This document shows positions 55,325-55,503 of a stretch of DNA of 55,503 nucleotides, piece by piece (position 1 is the first letter of the stretch; each line of letters opens with the position of its first letter). The stretch is from NCBI GenBank assembly GCA_964395625.1, contig CAYNAR010000008.1, positions 1 through 55,503 on the forward strand. The letters run 5' to 3'. The notes below the pieces were generated by a model that ran no database searches, was not told the DNA's origin, and worked only from the letters and a program-made list of their open reading frames with translations. A program made the translations under genes and the position numbers. Source of the DNA: an uncultured Gammaproteobacteria bacterium (lineage in GTDB: Bacteria; Patescibacteriota; Patescibacteriia; Patescibacteriales; WJLG01).

Positions 55325-55400
55325 AGCGGGGTAGAGCAGTTGGCAGCTCGTCAGGCCCATAACCTGAAGGTCGCTGGTTCGAGTCCAGCCCCCGCAACCA
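55325..55400 (+). tRNA. Initiator-type tRNA-Met(CAT), atypical
   Basis: 76 nt with unpaired 1:72 (A.A), A11:U24, anticodon arm TCAGG-CCCATAA-CCTGA and encoded CCA. Confidence 0.9.
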
Positions 55401-55430
55401 AGATAGTCATTGAAAATTTTGTCGTTATTG

Positions 55431-55503
55431 GCCGAGGTAGCTCAGTGGTAGAGCAAGCGACTGAAAATCGCTGTGTCGTGAGTCCGATTCTCACCCTCGG
55501 CAC
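55431..55503 (+). tRNA. tRNA-Phe(GAA), 3' end cut by the window edge
   Basis: Acceptor stem GCCGAGG/CCTCGGC, anticodon arm AGCGA-CTGAAAA-TCGCT, T-loop TCCGATT. Confidence 0.92.

Noticed and set aside
1-55503. Alternative genetic code (UGA=Gly, as in some CPR)
   Set aside because: Genes end cleanly at TGA (e.g. 10510, 27111, 43326) and conserved proteins are full length in code 11.

Overview
This is a ~55.5 kb chromosomal segment that looks like a Patescibacteria (CPR, Parcubacteria-like) genome. That assignment is inferred from AT-rich leaders that mostly lack SD motifs, a DUF4012 gene and CPR-type surface-protein C-termini; Falkowbacteria is only a guess. Almost all genes are on the + strand in code 11. 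In order, the window holds: a partial tRNA followed by a hairpin-rich element that duplicates the tRNA 3' end; a secreted repeat protein; a MarR-controlled RND efflux operon with a perfect 16+16 bp operator, in which MarR is in frame with the adaptor; a lower-GC defence island (SNF2 helicase, AlbA_2/Schlafen protein, type III-like Mod and Res); large surface proteins; mreB; glycosyltransferases; a degenerate PilB-like ATPase; mraY-ftsW-murG-murC-murB; a CCA-adding enzyme; NUDIX, HD and DEDDh enzymes; hpf, secA and rmuC; an O-antigen ligase; an M16 peptidase with a long charged N-terminus; and a tRNA cluster (Ile, fMet, Phe). The most striking observation is a 405-bp unit in which a small GIY-YIG nuclease gene lies between 27-bp hairpin-forming inverted repeats (48655-49059). 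About 1.7 kb away, a 79-81 bp copy with the same ends and no nuclease sits in frame inside a protein-coding gene (50713-50793). The pair looks like an autonomous element and its miniature derivative, and makes GIY-YIG a candidate mobiliser of these palindromes. No database searches were run; family calls rest on motif recognition.
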